Positions 1 to 9,310 of a stretch of DNA of 56,889 nucleotides are shown piece after piece. A program made the translations under genes and the position numbers. Source of the stretch: a virus (Duplodnaviria > Caudoviricetes); the IMG/VR virus record IMGVR_UViG_3300042465_004126, positions 1 through 56,889 of that record; one strand, written 5' to 3'. Within the stretch, counting starts at the first letter, position 1, and each line of letters opens with the position of its first letter. The notes under the pieces were generated by a model, which was not told where the DNA came from, did no database searches, and saw only the letters and a list, made by a program, of their open reading frames with translations.

Positions 1-127
1 CAAGCCTTTACCTCAGACTTTAATGTTGATTCAGGCAATAATACCGGATGGAAATTTAATAATGCCGGCGGTGCTTTTCTAATGTTTTTTTAATTTTTAG
101 AGGTACTTTCTAATGGCTCAATCAGGC
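1..127. repeat. Terminal direct repeat, copy 1 (circular assembly overlap)
   Basis: Bases 1-127 are identical to 56763-56889 and cut through coding sequence; 127 nt matches a common assembler k-mer. Confidence 0.95.
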
Positions 128-733
128 TTCACCTCTATCTCGTTGTACTACAGCACAACTGCCGCAACTGTTCCGACTTCTGGCGATCTTGTTGCTGGTG
201 AGTTGGCGCTTAACACAGTTGATGAAAAGTTGTACTTTAAAAACTCCGCAGGCACTGTCAAGTTGCTTGCAAGTAATGCTGCCACCACACAAGTTTACCC
301 CGGTGCAGGCATAGCAAACTCAACTGGTTCTGCATGGGGAACTTCCTATACAACCAGCGGGTCAGGAACAGTCGTAGCTTTAAACAACACGCCAACCCTG
401 ACCAACCCTACGGTCACCAACTATACCGAAACACCCTACTCAGCCAACAGTTCAACGGCCATCACGCTTGCGCTGACCAACGGCACTGTGCAGATCATCA
501 CGTTGACTGATAACGCCACCATCACCATGCCAACGGCAGTCAGCGGCAAGTCATTTACTCTGCTGCTCAAACAAGATGCCACCGGGTCACGCACAGTCAC
601 TTGGTCAACAGTCTCTTGGCCTTCAGCCACCGCACCAACCATTACCAGCACCGCAAGCAAGATGGACAAGTATGTGTTTATCAGTGATGGTACATATTGG
701 TACGGAAGTACTGCAGGCCAGAACTACACATAA
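113..733 (+). CDS. Tail fibre / receptor-binding adaptor protein
   Basis: N-terminal 'P..GDLVAGELALNTVDEKLYFKN' phage fibre anchor motif; Thr/Ser-rich; C-terminal 'LLLKQDATGSRTVTW...PTIT' module; GAGG RBS. Confidence 0.7.
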   Translation: MAQSGFTSISLYYSTTAATVPTSGDLVAGELALNTVDEKLYFKNSAGTVKLLASNAATTQVYPGAGIANSTGSAWGTSYTTSGSGTVVALNNTPTLTNPTVTNYTETPYSANSSTAITLALTNGTVQIITLTDNATITMPTAVSGKSFTLLLKQDATGSRTVTWSTVSWPSATAPTITSTASKMDKYVFISDGTYWYGSTAGQNYT

Positions 734-741
734 GGACTGAT

Positions 742-2679
742 ATGTTTTCCAGCAACAGTTCACAGGTTAGTTCAGCGGTTAACTACATCGAGGACGTATT
801 TAGCACATACCTTTATACGGGCAACGGCTCTACACAGACCATCACCAACGGGATTGATCTGTCGGGTCAGGGTGGGTTGGTTTGGATTAAAGGACGAACA
901 GATAACACAGCCCATTCTTTGACTGACACTGTAAACGGGGCGGGAACATTTTTAAGTAGTAATACAACTACTGCGTTAACAACTAGTTCAGACAATGTAT
1001 CTGCGTTTTCTACAACTGGTTTTACAGCGTCTTTTAGTGGGCCGGGAAAAACTAATGAAAACAACCAAACCTATGTCTCATGGACATTCCGAGAGCAGCC
1101 AAAGTTTTTTGATATTGTGACGTATACGGGGACGGGTTCAAACACAACTTTTGCCCACAGCCTTGGCTCTGTACCCGGCAGCATCATCGTCAAGCGCACA
1201 GACACCGCAGCAGATTGGGCTGTTTACCACCGCAGCCTTGCAAACACAGAGTATCTTGTTCTTAACACCACAGCCGCAGCAGCCACAGGCGCAACATGGT
1301 GGAACAGCACAACCCCTACAAGCACAGTCTTCAGCGTAGGCACTGACGCAAGTGTTAACGCATCGGGTGGCACTTACGTAGCCTACGTCTTTGCCCATGA
1401 CGCTAGTGGATTTGGCACAGCGGGTACGGACAATGTGATTTCGTGTGGGTCTTATGCGGGCGTTGGCAGTACGCAACAAGACATCACGCTAGGTTACGAG
1501 CCTCAGTGGGTAATGATTAAACGCACAGACATCAGCGATAGCTGGATTATGGTTGACAATATGCGTGGCTTCTTTCAGACCGCCGATAACGCACTTTGTG
1601 CAAACAACGCAAATTCTGAAGCCGCAACAGTTTCTATGTCAGGAGCAATGCAGCCAACAGCAACTGGGTTTCATCTTTACAACGCCAACAGTGCAGTAAA
1701 CGCATCAGGGGGAACCTACATCTACATAGCCATCCGCCGTGGCCCGATGAAGGTGCCTACGCTGGGGACGAGTGTGTTTCAGCCTGTTACATATTCGGGG
1801 ATTGGCTCAAATGATAGGCTTGTAAACACAACGATAACGCCTGATCTATTCATAGATATGCGTAGAGAAAACATCATGCCTAGATATGTGCTTGACCGAT
1901 TAAGAGGTAACGCCCAGCTTTATTCAAACCTTACAAGCGCCGAAAGTGTTAACACTGCACAGGTTCCAACAAACACGTTCAACGTAAACCAAACAGGCAT
2001 TACTGTAAGTGCCGACGAGTTAAACGCAAGCGGCAGAACGTTTGTGATTGAGGCATTTAGACGCGCCCCCGGCTTCTTTGATGTTTGTTGCTATACGGGG
2101 ACGGGAAGTAACACAACATTTACACACAACCTTGGCGTTGTTCCTGAGTTAATGATTGTAAAACGCAGGGACACAACGGCAGATTGGGACAGTTATTGTT
2201 CTGCACTTGCAAATACAGAGTATGTTGTTTTAAATACAACTGCGGCTAAAGCAACAGGTGCAACAAGATGGAATAGCACAACCCCAACATCTTCTGTATT
2301 TAGCGTAGGAACAAGCACCACAACAAATGCGTCTGCTGGAACCTACGTAGCCTACCTTTTTGCCTCAACCGCAGGTGTTTCTAAAGTAGGCTCATACACA
2401 GGCAACGGCACAACCCAGACCATCAACTGCGGCTTCACAGGAGGGGTAAGGTTTGTACTTATCAAGCGAACTGACGCTACTGGTGATTGGTACGTCTACG
2501 ACACCGCCCGTGGCATGACGGTGCTGACAGACCCCTACCTGCTTATAAACAGCACGGCGGCTGAAACTGCTACGCTTGGTTCTGTTACAACAGTATCAAC
2601 GGGCTTTGCGCTGGACTCAGCCATCCTAGCCGCTATCAACGTGAATGCTGGCAGCTACATCTTTTTGGCTATCGCATAA
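742..2679 (+). CDS. Virion structural / tail protein with repeated 'YTGNG...G..P..V.IKR' domains (DUF7483-like)
   Basis: About six repeats beginning YTG[NT]G and ending TY[VI][AY]..; ATG at 742 follows AAGGA. Confidence 0.7.
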   Translation: MFSSNSSQVSSAVNYIEDVFSTYLYTGNGSTQTITNGIDLSGQGGLVWIKGRTDNTAHSLTDTVNGAGTFLSSNTTTALTTSSDNVSAFSTTGFTASFSGPGKTNENNQTYVSWTFREQPKFFDIVTYTGTGSNTTFAHSLGSVPGSIIVKRTDTAADWAVYHRSLANTEYLVLNTTAAAATGATWWNSTTPTSTVFSVGTDASVNASGGTYVAYVFAHDASGFGTAGTDNVISCGSYAGVGSTQQDITLGYEPQWVMIKRTDISDSWIMVDNMRGFFQTADNALCANNANSEAATVSMSGAMQPTATGFHLYNANSAVNASGGTYIYIAIRRGPMKVPTLGTSVFQPVTYSGIGSNDRLVNTTITPDLFIDMRRENIMPRYVLDRLRGNAQLYSNLTSAESVNTAQVPTNTFNVNQTGITVSADELNASGRTFVIEAFRRAPGFFDVCCYTGTGSNTTFTHNLGVVPELMIVKRRDTTADWDSYCSALANTEYVVLNTTAAKATGATRWNSTTPTSSVFSVGTSTTTNASAGTYVAYLFASTAGVSKVGSYTGNGTTQTINCGFTGGVRFVLIKRTDATGDWYVYDTARGMTVLTDPYLLINSTAAETATLGSVTTVSTGFALDSAILAAINVNAGSYIFLAIA

Positions 2680-2688
2680 GGAACAACC

Positions 2689-3165
2689 ATGCAAATCAGA
2701 ATCAGATCAACAGGCGCAGTTATGTACGAGGATGAGTTCCGCAGGCTCAACCCAAGCACATCCTTCCCACAACAGATCAGTGCAGCAACCCTCAATGACT
2801 TTGGTGCGGATGTAGTCTTTGAAGGCCCACAAGCATCTGGCGGCACGGTCTACCAATACAGCCAAGCGGCAGGCGTAGAGCAACTTGATGGCAAGTGGTA
2901 CACCAAGTACATCCTCGGCCCGGTCTTCACAGATGGCGAGACAACTGCAGCCGAGCAAGAAGCAGCTTACAAAGCCATGAAGGACACAGAGCAAGCCAAG
3001 TCTGTACGCACCAGCCGCAACGACAAGCTGAAAGAATGCGATTGGACTCAGATTACTGACAGCACGGCTGACAAGACTGCATGGGCAACCTACCGCCAAG
3101 CACTGCGCGACATTACTGCACAAGCAGGCTTCCCTTGGACTATTACTTGGCCTGACGCACCATGA
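2689..3165 (+). CDS. Tail fibre assembly chaperone
   Basis: C-terminal 'VR..RN.KL.ECDWTQ..D...W.TYRQALRDIT.Q.GFP..I.WP..P' signature. Confidence 0.85.
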   Translation: MQIRIRSTGAVMYEDEFRRLNPSTSFPQQISAATLNDFGADVVFEGPQASGGTVYQYSQAAGVEQLDGKWYTKYILGPVFTDGETTAAEQEAAYKAMKDTEQAKSVRTSRNDKLKECDWTQITDSTADKTAWATYRQALRDITAQAGFPWTITWPDAP

Positions 3166-3332
3166 GCGAGATAGACATCCGATTGACAAGCCATGAGGCC
3201 GTTTGTGCAGAGCGGTATGCACAGATCAATGCAAGGCTCAAGCGGCTTGAGGGTGTGATTATGAAGACTACTGGCGTCTTGATTGTCAGTATGTCAGCAA
3301 TCGTTTACGCCTCTCTGACCTTTGGGCGATGA
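3162..3332 (+). CDS. Small membrane protein (holin/XhlA-like), 56 aa
   Basis: Not in ORF track; MSEIDIRLTSHEAVCAERYAQINARLKRLE plus C-terminal hydrophobic helix; ATGA overlap with the upstream gene. Confidence 0.65.
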   Translation: MSEIDIRLTSHEAVCAERYAQINARLKRLEGVIMKTTGVLIVSMSAIVYASLTFGR

Positions 3333-3333
3333 A

Positions 3334-3486
3334 GTGGACCTCTTTGAAGTCCTGTCCAAATCATGGCCGATCCTGCTGGCGCTGATCACTTTGATCATCG
3401 TCTTGGCAAAGCTAGATTTGCGCGTGGCGGTACTGGAAGAGAAGATCAAGGCTCTATTTGAAATGTGGAATAGGCGGGACAAGTGA
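3334..3486 (+). CDS. Small membrane protein, 50 aa (lysis cassette)
   Basis: GTG start; MDLFEVLSKSWPILLALITLIIVLAKLDLRVAVLEEKIK..., a TM helix plus coiled coil; GTGA overlap with next gene. Confidence 0.55.
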   Translation: MDLFEVLSKSWPILLALITLIIVLAKLDLRVAVLEEKIKALFEMWNRRDK

Positions 3487-3938
3487 TTGACGTAACAAAA
3501 GCCATAGGAGCAGTCGCAGCCAGCATTGCAGCTATTGGCGGCGGTTACACGCTTGCAGACAAGTTTGGTTGGTTTGACCGGGCTATCCTTGAATGGTCAC
3601 CAGAGCATTTTAAGATTGTGGCCGAAGCAGGAAAGCCTATCAATGTGACAGTGGCCCGGATCAAAAAGCGGGACGATTGTTCGGTGGAGAGTTTTACCCC
3701 AAGCATCCGTGACGCCGCAGGCATGGTGCATGAGGCAACGACAACGGCAAGTAAGTTCAGTGGCCCCGCTGGGCCAACGATTGATACGTTTACATACCAA
3801 CTCACGATGGTGAGAAAAGAGAAGATTGCACCCGGCACAGCCACACTGCTGGCGACGATCAAGTACAAGTGCCCGGAGGGTGAACGTGTTGTGCAATACC
3901 CCCGCCATGCAAACCTGAGTTTTGATTTAAAGGGCTGA
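3483..3938 (+). CDS. Membrane-anchored hypothetical protein in lysis cassette
   Basis: N-terminal TM segment, beta-rich domain with two Cys; coupled to neighbours. Confidence 0.55.
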   Translation: MIDVTKAIGAVAASIAAIGGGYTLADKFGWFDRAILEWSPEHFKIVAEAGKPINVTVARIKKRDDCSVESFTPSIRDAAGMVHEATTTASKFSGPAGPTIDTFTYQLTMVRKEKIAPGTATLLATIKYKCPEGERVVQYPRHANLSFDLKG

Positions 3939-3940
3939 TT

Positions 3941-4426
3941 ATGATTACTCTGATTACTACACTGGTCAGCTTTCTTGCCGGTGGTTTACCCAAGCTGTTG
4001 GGTTTCTTTCAAGACCGTGCGGACAAAAGCCACGAGATGGCAATGGCTCGCCTCCAGACTGAGCGGGAACTGGAACTCCGTAAAGCTGGTTTTGAAGCCC
4101 AGCAACGGGTGGAAGAGATCAGGGTAGAGGGCCAGATGATTGAGGCCGCATCAGCAGAGCGCAGCGCCCTGTACGCTCACGACATAGCTATTGGTCAAGG
4201 TGCAAGCCAGTGGATGGTGAATCTCCGTGCTGGTGTTCGTCCCCTTATCACCTATGGCCTGTTCCTGTTGCTGGTGTTTGTTGACGTTGCTGGGTTTGTC
4301 TACGCTTGGCAGCACGGTGTAGATTTCCAGATCATGCTGGACAACATCTGGGATGACGAAACTCAGATCATCTGGGCCAGCGTCATTTCTTTCTGGTTTG
4401 GAAGCCAAGCGTTCAGCAAGAAATGA
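3941..4426 (+). CDS. Putative holin (3TM-holin-like)
   Basis: 'WMVNLRAGVRPLITY' and 'ISFWFGSQ' motifs, hydrophobic helices, immediately upstream of lysozyme. Confidence 0.7.
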   Translation: MITLITTLVSFLAGGLPKLLGFFQDRADKSHEMAMARLQTERELELRKAGFEAQQRVEEIRVEGQMIEAASAERSALYAHDIAIGQGASQWMVNLRAGVRPLITYGLFLLLVFVDVAGFVYAWQHGVDFQIMLDNIWDDETQIIWASVISFWFGSQAFSKK

Positions 4427-4899
4427 AAGTCTCTGCGCGATGCATGGAGATGATCAAACATCACGAGGGTGTGCGGTTTAAACCTTACCGTTGCCCAGCG
4501 CGTCTTTGGACTGTAGGAGTAGGCCATGTTTTATACCCCGATCAAGGTCGTTTACCTCTGGATCAAAGAGACGCTTTCCCGCTTAAAGCGGAAGATAACC
4601 GCGTATTTTCAGGAGCCGAAGTAGATGGAATCCTTAGTGCTGATCTCCGCCGATTTGAGGTTGGGGTCGCCAAACTTTTTTCTGTGGGTCTTACCCAAGG
4701 TCAAAACGACGCTCTTGTCAGCTTTGCTTTTAATCTCGGTTTGGGCGGCGTACAGCGATCAACCCTCCGTCAGAAGGTTCTTCGGGGTGAGATTGAAGCG
4801 GCGGCAGACGAGTTCTTGAAGTTTACACGGGGTGGGGGCAAAATCCTGCCCGGCTTAGTTAAACGCAGAAATGATGAACGTGCATTATTTTTATCTTAG
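4423..4899 (+). CDS. Endolysin, GH24 phage lysozyme
   Basis: 'IKHHEG...Y.CPA..WTVGVGH', 'DALVSFAFNLG', 'LPGLVKRR..ERALFL'. Confidence 0.95.
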   Translation: MKVSARCMEMIKHHEGVRFKPYRCPARLWTVGVGHVLYPDQGRLPLDQRDAFPLKAEDNRVFSGAEVDGILSADLRRFEVGVAKLFSVGLTQGQNDALVSFAFNLGLGGVQRSTLRQKVLRGEIEAAADEFLKFTRGGGKILPGLVKRRNDERALFLS

Positions 4900-4908
4900 G
4901 AGAAACAG

Positions 4909-5055
4909 ATGAAACCCGGACTCTACGCAAACATCCATGCTAAGCAAGAACGAATCAAGGCCGGAAGTAAAGAGAAGATGAATAAAGTTGGCAGCAAGGC
5001 AGCGCCTACAGCCAAAGACTTTAAAGACTCTGCAAAAACTGCCAAAAAGAAATGA
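4909..5055 (+). CDS. Small basic protein, 48 aa
   Basis: Not in ORF track; AGGAG RBS; MKPGLYANIHAKQERIKAGSKEKM...SAKTAKKK. Confidence 0.7.
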   Translation: MKPGLYANIHAKQERIKAGSKEKMNKVGSKAAPTAKDFKDSAKTAKKK

Positions 5056-5327
5056 AAGAGTCTGGCAAAAATCCAAAGGGCGGCTTAAATGCTGCAGGTC
5101 GGGCCGCTTACCATTCGGAGACTGGCGGCACCTTAAGGCCACCGGTAAAGTCTGGCGATAACCCTAGGCGTGCATCCTTCTTAGCGCGGATGGGCAATAT
5201 GCCAGGGCCAGAACGCAAAGACGGCGAGCCAACTCGATTGTTGTTGTCATTGAAGGCATGGGGTGCTAGCAGCAAAGAAGATGCACGGTCCAAAGCCAAA
5301 GCAATCTCTGCTCGCAATAAAAAATGA
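5052..5327 (+). CDS. Small basic conserved phage protein (DUF6321-like)
   Basis: 'GKNPKGGLNAAGRA.Y...LRPPV...RRASFLARM...LKAW'. Confidence 0.7.
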   Translation: MKESGKNPKGGLNAAGRAAYHSETGGTLRPPVKSGDNPRRASFLARMGNMPGPERKDGEPTRLLLSLKAWGASSKEDARSKAKAISARNKK

Positions 5328-5342
5328 CGCTTGTTTCCCAAA

Positions 5343-5382
5343 TTGGGTTTATAATTCCTACCTGAGCATATGCTGCACCAGC
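5343..5382 (+). promoter_or_regulatory. Putative late promoter (TTGGGTTTATAAT) with downstream GCTG-cac-CAGC hairpin
   Basis: TATAAT at 5350-5355 in an intergenic gap; the same arrangement occurs at 50462-50501. Confidence 0.5.
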
Positions 5383-5404
5383 TGCTATCATCAACGAGGC
5401 GCTT

Positions 5405-6037
5405 ATGGCATATGTGATGACCTACGATAGCTTACTGGTAGACCTACGCCGATATTTGGAGCGCGGGTTTACGGAAGCTAGCGACCAAATTGTTTACCAG
5501 CAGCTGCCTAGGCTTGTGACCATGGGCGAGCGCAGGATTTCCCGCGAACTAAAGATTCAAGGGTTCATTCGTGCTGTAACCACCCCGTTGTCCGTTGGAG
5601 TAGCGGTATACCTCAAGCCTGACCGCTGGCGCGATACGGTGTCAATGACCGTAGACGGCGTTCCAATCTTTGCAAGATCTTATGAATACCTGCGCAACTA
5701 TTGGCCAGTTGAGACCGTTACAGGCACCCCTGCCTACTATGCTGACTACGATTATCAGCACTGGCTGATCACGCCAACACCGGCTACGGCCAAAACGCTA
5801 GAGATCTTGTACTACGAGCAGCCTCGTTTTCTTGGCGACGATTTCCAGACCAATTGGGTCACTGAGTACATCCCAGATTTGTTGTTGTACGCATCCTTGC
5901 TTGAGGCTACACCTTTCCTTAAAAATGATGAGCGGATCCAGACTTGGCAAGCTATGTACGACCGAGCAGCGCAAGCGGTCAATGGCGAAGATTTGAAGCG
6001 CATTCTTGACCGCTCAGCCAACCGGAGTGAATCATAA
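5405..6037 (+). CDS. Head-to-tail adaptor protein
   Basis: 'G.PAYYA....LITPTP...LEILYY..P...TNW.....PDLLLYASLLEA.PFLKNDERI..W...Y' podoviral adaptor pattern. Confidence 0.75.
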   Translation: MAYVMTYDSLLVDLRRYLERGFTEASDQIVYQQLPRLVTMGERRISRELKIQGFIRAVTTPLSVGVAVYLKPDRWRDTVSMTVDGVPIFARSYEYLRNYWPVETVTGTPAYYADYDYQHWLITPTPATAKTLEILYYEQPRFLGDDFQTNWVTEYIPDLLLYASLLEATPFLKNDERIQTWQAMYDRAAQAVNGEDLKRILDRSANRSES

Positions 6038-7239
6038 TGCCTATATATAACGACGTGTTTGGTGGCGCAAACATCTACCCAAGCGAGATCAGTTATAGCT
6101 CAGTTGCGCTAAGTGCAGACATCACACTCAGCTGGCCAACTGAGGCGTCTACGAGTGTAAACCTTGCCACTCGCATTATGGACGTGACCGCCACAGCCGG
6201 CAGTTACGTAATCACACTTCCTGACGCCAAAAAGACTGGCACTGGCCAGACCATCCTATTCAACAATCAGGGGTCTTTCACTTTTATAGTCAAAGATGCG
6301 ACAGGTGTACAGGTAGCATCAATTGCTTCTGCAACGATCTGGCAAATTTATTTAACGGACAACACGACGGTTGCAGGTAGCTGGGAGACTTTGCAGTTTG
6401 GGTCTACCACCTCTACCGCAAATGCATCAGCGCTTGCTGGCACCGGTATCGTGGCCGTTGGGACTGTGTTGTCGCAGTCAGTGCCAATCACCAACTTCAA
6501 CTCAAACTACACGGCTGGCGTCACTGACCGCGCCAAGATGTTTGTATGGACAGGCTCAGGCGGTGGGACATTGACATTGCCATCTGCACCCACTATGGGT
6601 GATAACTGGTTCCTCTGCTTCCGTAATGGCGGTGGCGGATCTGTCACAGTAGATCCATCAGGAAGCCCACTTATCAATGGTGCAGCAACCTTAAATTTCA
6701 ACCCAGGCGACTCCGCAATCATTGCCACCGACGGAACCGACTACTTTACGATTGGATTTGGTCAGTCTTCAACTTTTGCTTTTGACTACACCTCAATTGC
6801 CGTTGCTGGGACTGGAAACTACACTTTAACCGGATCAGAACTGAATCGGATTGCTTACAACTTTACCGGAGTTTTGACCGGGAACCGAACCATCATTGTC
6901 CCTGCTACCGTTCAGCAGTACTGGGTAAGCAATGCCACAAGTGGTGCATACACGCTGACTGTAAAAACTTCAGCAGGCACTGGCGTAGTTGTTGCAACAG
7001 GCGCTAGAGGCATATTTTATTGTGATGGCACAAACGTAGTTGATGCTGATACCAGCACGGTGTCTGTTCCAATTTCAATTGCTGACGGTGGCACAGGAGC
7101 CATAACTGCGGCTGGAGCCCGTATCAATCTAGGCTCAACGACTACTGGCGATGCCATCTTTATTGCGGCAACTCAGCAAGCAGCTTGGACAGCCCTAGGT
7201 ATAGCGCCGGCGGGTGTTGTGGTTGGCGGGACGTTCTAA
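6037..7239 (+). CDS. Tail structural / short fibre protein
   Basis: Thr/Gly-rich beta repeats ('TLTLPSA', 'FTGVLTGNRTIIVP'), 'ISIADGGTGA.TAAGAR.NLG' fibre motif. Confidence 0.65.
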   Translation: MPIYNDVFGGANIYPSEISYSSVALSADITLSWPTEASTSVNLATRIMDVTATAGSYVITLPDAKKTGTGQTILFNNQGSFTFIVKDATGVQVASIASATIWQIYLTDNTTVAGSWETLQFGSTTSTANASALAGTGIVAVGTVLSQSVPITNFNSNYTAGVTDRAKMFVWTGSGGGTLTLPSAPTMGDNWFLCFRNGGGGSVTVDPSGSPLINGAATLNFNPGDSAIIATDGTDYFTIGFGQSSTFAFDYTSIAVAGTGNYTLTGSELNRIAYNFTGVLTGNRTIIVPATVQQYWVSNATSGAYTLTVKTSAGTGVVVATGARGIFYCDGTNVVDADTSTVSVPISIADGGTGAITAAGARINLGSTTTGDAIFIAATQQAAWTALGIAPAGVVVGGTF

Positions 7240-9075
7240 ATGCCAGTACCTACCGTTGTACTAAAGTCTGCTCCCGGAATCAAACGGGACGGGACTAAAT
7301 TTGACGGTGATTTCTACACCGATGGCCAATGGGTGCGGTTTCAGCGTGGGTTGCCCCGCAAGATTGGCGGCTACAGGTCAATCAACAAATACTTGACTGA
7401 AATATCTCGGGGCTTTACCTCGTTCACCCAACAGAGTTTGCAGTATTGCCACTCAGCTGGCCCAACGACATTGGAGCGGTTTACGATTGACAGTAGCAAA
7501 AATAGTTCAATCATCAGTAGCCGAACTCCGGTCGCTGTTTATGCAACAGGCACGGTTACTTTATTGACCGGCGCTGCCGGTTCTGTTGATACTGTGACTG
7601 TCAATGGCGTAACTATCACCTCTGGTTCTGTTGCGTACAGCACTAGCTTAGCCGTTACAGCTACAGCCCTTGCTGCAAACATCACGGCATTTACGTCATC
7701 GCCTGACTACACTGCTGTAGCTGTTGGCACCACGGTCACCATTACGGCAACTACGGCAAGTGCGTCTGTGAACGGTTTTGTTGTGGCTGCAACGCTGACC
7801 ACAATTACGGCCTCAACGACCAATATGACAGGCGGTAGCGCAGTATTGGTGAACTCGGTTTACAACAAATGGATGTTCCAGTACATGTACAGCGCGTCCA
7901 CAACCGACAACTCAATCATTGCGCACGTAGCACCCAATGGCCAATGTGTGTGCAATGACACAGGTGGCCAAATCTTTATTGGCGATGTTTTAACGACTGC
8001 CCCGTTAACTGAAATTCTTCTACCCTCCGGGGCTAACGCAACTGGCGGCATCGTATCTCTTCACCCTTACTTGTTCTACTACGGCACGGCAGGGATTGTG
8101 GGTTGGTCTGTGCCAGGAAGCCCAACTGATTTATCTGGTTCCGGTTCTGGCATTGCTCGTGTATGGGGGCAAAAGATTGTCAAAGGTATGCCATTAAGGG
8201 CAGGCTCAGGCTCTGCCCCTGCTGGTTTGTTCTGGGCTTATGACGCTGTAATCCGTGCCACATTCTCAGGCGGCACTACCGTATTCCAGTTTGACGTGAT
8301 TGCTACCGACACATCAATCATGTCTGAGGACTGTGTGGTTGACTATGATGGTGTTTTCTTCTGGGCGGGTGTTGATCGATTCTTGATGTTCAATGGTGTT
8401 GTCCGTGACGTACCAAACACGCTGAACCAGAACTGGTTCTTCAACAATTTGAACGAGAGCCAGCGCAGCAAAGTGTTTGCTTTCAAGATGCCGTATTACG
8501 GTGAGATCTGGTGGTGCTACCCACGGGACGATGCCACAGAGTGTACCCATGCCGTCATCTACAACGTCCGTGAGCAGACTTGGTATGACACTGCATTGCC
8601 AACATCAGGCCGCAGTGCGGGTGGCTTTAACAACGCCTTTGCATCGCCTTTGTTGGTGGATGCCGTTCCGGCGACAAGCGGCTATCGTGTTTGGATTCAC
8701 GAGCAAGGCACGGACGAAATTGATGGAACCACATCAGCACCAGTCCAGTCATACTTTGAAACGGCTGACCTATCCTCACTTGTCCAAGGCAATGATGCAC
8801 GACTTCGCATCACTACGATTGAACCTGATTTCATTCAGTCTGGCCCGATGAGCGTGCAGGTAACAGGTCGCGCTAACGCTAGGGCTCCGGAGGTGCTTAG
8901 TCAGCAATGGATCTTTGAAGAAACAGCTACGCAGCCCTATGAGCAAATTGTGATGATGAAGGAAATGCGCCGAGAATTGCGGGTGCGTTTTGAGTCTAAT
9001 GCTGTGGGTGGCAACTACCAGATGGGCCAAATTATTGGCCACATTGATTCTGGCGACAGGACGGTGTTGGAATGA
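7240..9075 (+). CDS. Tail tubular / DNA-stabilisation protein (P22 gp10-like nozzle)
   Basis: 'PGIKRDGT...DGQWVRFQRGLPRKIGG' N-terminus, 'EIWWCYP...VIYN....WY' beta-propeller motifs; position after the adaptor. Confidence 0.7.
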   Translation: MPVPTVVLKSAPGIKRDGTKFDGDFYTDGQWVRFQRGLPRKIGGYRSINKYLTEISRGFTSFTQQSLQYCHSAGPTTLERFTIDSSKNSSIISSRTPVAVYATGTVTLLTGAAGSVDTVTVNGVTITSGSVAYSTSLAVTATALAANITAFTSSPDYTAVAVGTTVTITATTASASVNGFVVAATLTTITASTTNMTGGSAVLVNSVYNKWMFQYMYSASTTDNSIIAHVAPNGQCVCNDTGGQIFIGDVLTTAPLTEILLPSGANATGGIVSLHPYLFYYGTAGIVGWSVPGSPTDLSGSGSGIARVWGQKIVKGMPLRAGSGSAPAGLFWAYDAVIRATFSGGTTVFQFDVIATDTSIMSEDCVVDYDGVFFWAGVDRFLMFNGVVRDVPNTLNQNWFFNNLNESQRSKVFAFKMPYYGEIWWCYPRDDATECTHAVIYNVREQTWYDTALPTSGRSAGGFNNAFASPLLVDAVPATSGYRVWIHEQGTDEIDGTTSAPVQSYFETADLSSLVQGNDARLRITTIEPDFIQSGPMSVQVTGRANARAPEVLSQQWIFEETATQPYEQIVMMKEMRRELRVRFESNAVGGNYQMGQIIGHIDSGDRTVLE

Positions 9076-9302
9076 CCACCGTAACACGCCCATCGTACAT
9101 GCAGCTTAATGATTGGGCCGACCAGATCGCGCTTGATTTAGATAGTTATGGTGCCTTTGGTAGGTTGGACAAGGATGGAAACTGGCAAGACTGGGCCATG
9201 CAGTTTTTGAATACTACATCTCTCCGAAATAATTTCCCAAGGCCGTACGATTTTACAGATTGGCGTGAGTGGGCAGAACGTTTCTGCCAGACTTTGTCAT
9301 AG
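9072..9302 (+). CDS. Hypothetical Trp-rich protein
   Basis: ATGA coupling to the upstream gene; 'WQDWA', 'P.PYDF.DWREWA'. Confidence 0.65.
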   Translation: MTTVTRPSYMQLNDWADQIALDLDSYGAFGRLDKDGNWQDWAMQFLNTTSLRNNFPRPYDFTDWREWAERFCQTLS

Positions 9303-9310
9303 GACAAAAA

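Noticed and set aside
1-127. 127-bp terminal repeat as a biological direct terminal repeat
   Set aside because: The length equals a standard assembler k-mer and it falls inside coding sequence. It shows circularity of the assembly, not real genome ends.
1105-2364. Diversity-generating retroelement TR/VR pair in the tail gene
   Set aside because: Both copies are in-frame coding repeats, the differences are not adenine-specific, and no reverse transcriptase is present.
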